Of a stretch of 64,000 nucleotides of DNA, positions 62,351 through 64,000 are shown piece after piece. The stretch comes from Terriglobia bacterium. GTDB lineage: Bacteria; Acidobacteriota; Terriglobia; Terriglobales; Acidobacteriaceae. The notes under the pieces were generated by a model that saw only the letters and a list, made by a program, of their open reading frames with translations, was not told the origin of the DNA and did not search any database. Location of the stretch: assembly GCA_963823745.1 (NCBI GenBank), contig CAWGMN010000013.1, positions 38,246-102,245 of the forward strand, read 5' to 3'. Made by a program: the position numbers and the translations under genes. Position 1 is the stretch's first letter. Every line of letters begins with the position of its first letter.

Positions 62351-63863
62351 TCACTGCGCCCTGGTCAATGCGGCAGAAGCCCAGCATCTTATCCGAGACC
62401 CAGAAGTTGCTTTGCAGCCACAACAGGCCTCTGGGATGGGTCATGCCGGCCAGCATCAGCACTGACCTGCGCGCGGCGTCGTGTGCGGGCGAATCGGTCG
62501 GCGGCGAGTCATTTCCGACCAGGCTGGTCACGATGCAATTGGCGGTGGATGGCGCAGTGACGCATTCGCTTGCCATCAAAGGATTGGAGTCATAGCGAAA
62601 TGCCAGTCCGGTACGCTGGTTGGGAACGGCGGCTTCGGGAAGCGGTGCTTCAATAATGGGATCTGTAGTGATCAGCAGGTTTCCGACAATGCTGTTGTCG
62701 CTAAGCTGGGCTGCGGCTTCAGGATTGCCTGCCGGGGAAGCTACCGTTCTGAAAGGCAGCCTTTCCGGCTGGATGAAGTTCAAGCCCATGATCAGCGAGT
62801 ATTCCTGCGGAAGGGTGCTGCCATTCACGAACCCAGCCTGGTTCCACACCTGCATGATGTTGTTGCTGAGGGTGTCGAACCGGACAACGCGATTGCCATT
62901 GGCCCAGTACAGCCAGCGGCCATTCGTATCTGTGGAGTAATACTGGTCAGAGGCCATGCCTTCCTGAGTCTGCAGCTTGCCGAATTGCAACACCGCCTGG
63001 CACTTTGGCAGCACAAAGTTGCACGAGTCGGCGTTCTGAATGCGGTTCAGAAAACCGGCCTGCGCGAGCCACAGATCATGTCCGACCCACGCCATACTTG
63101 TGAGGATCTTGCCGTTATCAGAGGTACCAACGCGCTGCACGGCATTTCCGGCAATGGTGAAGGTTGGGGAAAGCGGATTCAGCACGCGCCATATATCACC
63201 GCTGCCCTGGAAGACGATGTAGAGCTTGCCATCCGGACCAATCTTGGCTGATTGAGGCGCTCTGATTCTGCCTACGGGAGCGCCGTTTATCGCTGAAGTC
63301 GTTCCAAAAATGGTGACCACTGTATTCAGGTCAATTACAGTGTGACCGGGATTCAGCGGATCAGCCTTGAATTGAAGCCGAAAAACTCCGCCGGTGCCGC
63401 CGTTGGTGCCGGCTATGAATATCACGCCGTTGGCATTGCCATTCACAGCGGTAAACATGCCCTGGGTTTCAACCTGGTAATCCATAGGCTCGAAAACGCC
63501 CGGAAGGAAGCAGGTAGCCAGATCCAGCACTCCATGGGTCTTGCCCGGGAAGTTAGGATCGGGAAGCTGATCGAGACGGCACAAACCGGATGCGCCATCA
63601 GCGACCCAGATGTCCCGGAGAAATGTTCCGGCCGGTACTCCGGGCCGGGTGTCGAGCACTCTGGATTGGACAGCACCGCGGGGGCGGAACATACCAGAGT
63701 CGCCTACGTTAAAGCCCGGCGCCGCCAGCGCACTCACCGCCGAAACCGTTAGGATCGCGGCCACGGCCAGAATGCGTGTACAGAATTGGCGTACGAGCGA
63801 TCTGCTCTTTCTTGTTTGCAAAGCCTCGTTGGTGCCGGTGGCCTGCATAAGCTTGGAATTCAT
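62310..63863 (-). CDS. Secreted propeller protein 2, N-terminal segment (distant paralog of 50145..51266)
   Basis: Signal peptide ..ILAVAAILTVSAVSALA. Motifs DIWVADGASGLCRLD, VGHDLWLA, and a second NFWVSDKMLGFCRID near the end. Confidence 0.7.
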   Translation of the reverse strand: MNSKLMQATGTNEALQTRKSRSLVRQFCTRILAVAAILTVSAVSALAAPGFNVGDSGMFRPRGAVQSRVLDTRPGVPAGTFLRDIWVADGASGLCRLDQLPDPNFPGKTHGVLDLATCFLPGVFEPMDYQVETQGMFTAVNGNANGVIFIAGTNGGTGGVFRLQFKADPLNPGHTVIDLNTVVTIFGTTSAINGAPVGRIRAPQSAKIGPDGKLYIVFQGSGDIWRVLNPLSPTFTIAGNAVQRVGTSDNGKILTSMAWVGHDLWLAQAGFLNRIQNADSCNFVLPKCQAVLQFGKLQTQEGMASDQYYSTDTNGRWLYWANGNRVVRFDTLSNNIMQVWNQAGFVNGSTLPQEYSLIMGLNFIQPERLPFRTVASPAGNPEAAAQLSDNSIVGNLLITTDPIIEAPLPEAAVPNQRTGLAFRYDSNPLMASECVTAPSTANCIVTSLVGNDSPPTDSPAHDAARRSVLMLAGMTHPRGLLWLQSNFWVSDKMLGFCRIDQGAVNGLSHCFKPSPGL

Positions 63864-64000
63864 GTTCGGGTCCTCTCTTCAATACATCCGTCTTTGAAAC
63901 TGCTGGATTCTTTGCCTTTTCCTGTGACTGCTTGCCTTGCTCTTGCTGCCCGCCACTTTCGCTGTCAAGCGGGGATAAAGTTGTTTTATTCAGGACCGCC

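Overview
The window reads as a chromosomal segment of a soil bacterium, roughly 55-60% GC by eye. It is most likely an Acidobacterium, based on an acidobacterial-type VWFA protein, MBG-repeat giant surface proteins and characteristic intergenic word-repeats.

Layout:
- (a) 1-19.7 kb: an all-minus-strand, phage-derived structural cluster. It holds a lysis-like set of small membrane proteins, the portal, a GH19 lysin-domain protein, the large terminase, a scaffold-like protein, a capsid-like protein and a hypothetical. Non-phage cargo (an MFS transporter and two paralogous DUF3298-like secreted proteins) sits between the portal/lysin genes and the terminase. No integrase or att site is visible, and the cluster continues beyond the left edge.
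- (b) 19.7-28 kb: a repeat-saturated zone with only a few genes (small RHH-containing module, OmpA-family protein, VWFA protein, CPBP protease).
- (c) 28.1-42.6 kb: a polysaccharide locus with gmd and fcl (GDP-fucose), a MurJ/Wzx-like flippase, an initiating phosphotransferase, a Wzz/GumC-like protein, only two glycosyltransferases, and six SAM-methyltransferase genes.
- (d) 43.1-45.3 kb: an OmpR/HK two-component operon, followed by a 1.1 kb AT-rich non-coding island.
- (e) 46.4-48.3 kb: a parvulin/SurA-like protein and a secreted histidine phosphatase.
- (f) 48.5-63.9 kb: a cluster of secreted beta-propeller/FN3/DUF11/MBG proteins, including one reading frame of about 2850 codons.

I found no rRNA, tRNA, CRISPR array, transposase or recognisable defence system.

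Two general points:
- About 15 or more unrelated genes carry single-nucleotide frame breaks. Every break I traced sits at a short homopolymer, so assembly indels are more likely than true pseudogenes.
- The most unusual content is non-coding. It includes register-perfect degenerate heptanucleotide arrays at almost every spacer of the phage-like cluster, 11-nt phased two-word arrays, a 9-mer array, and several families of modular hairpin repeats with conserved stems and variable loops.
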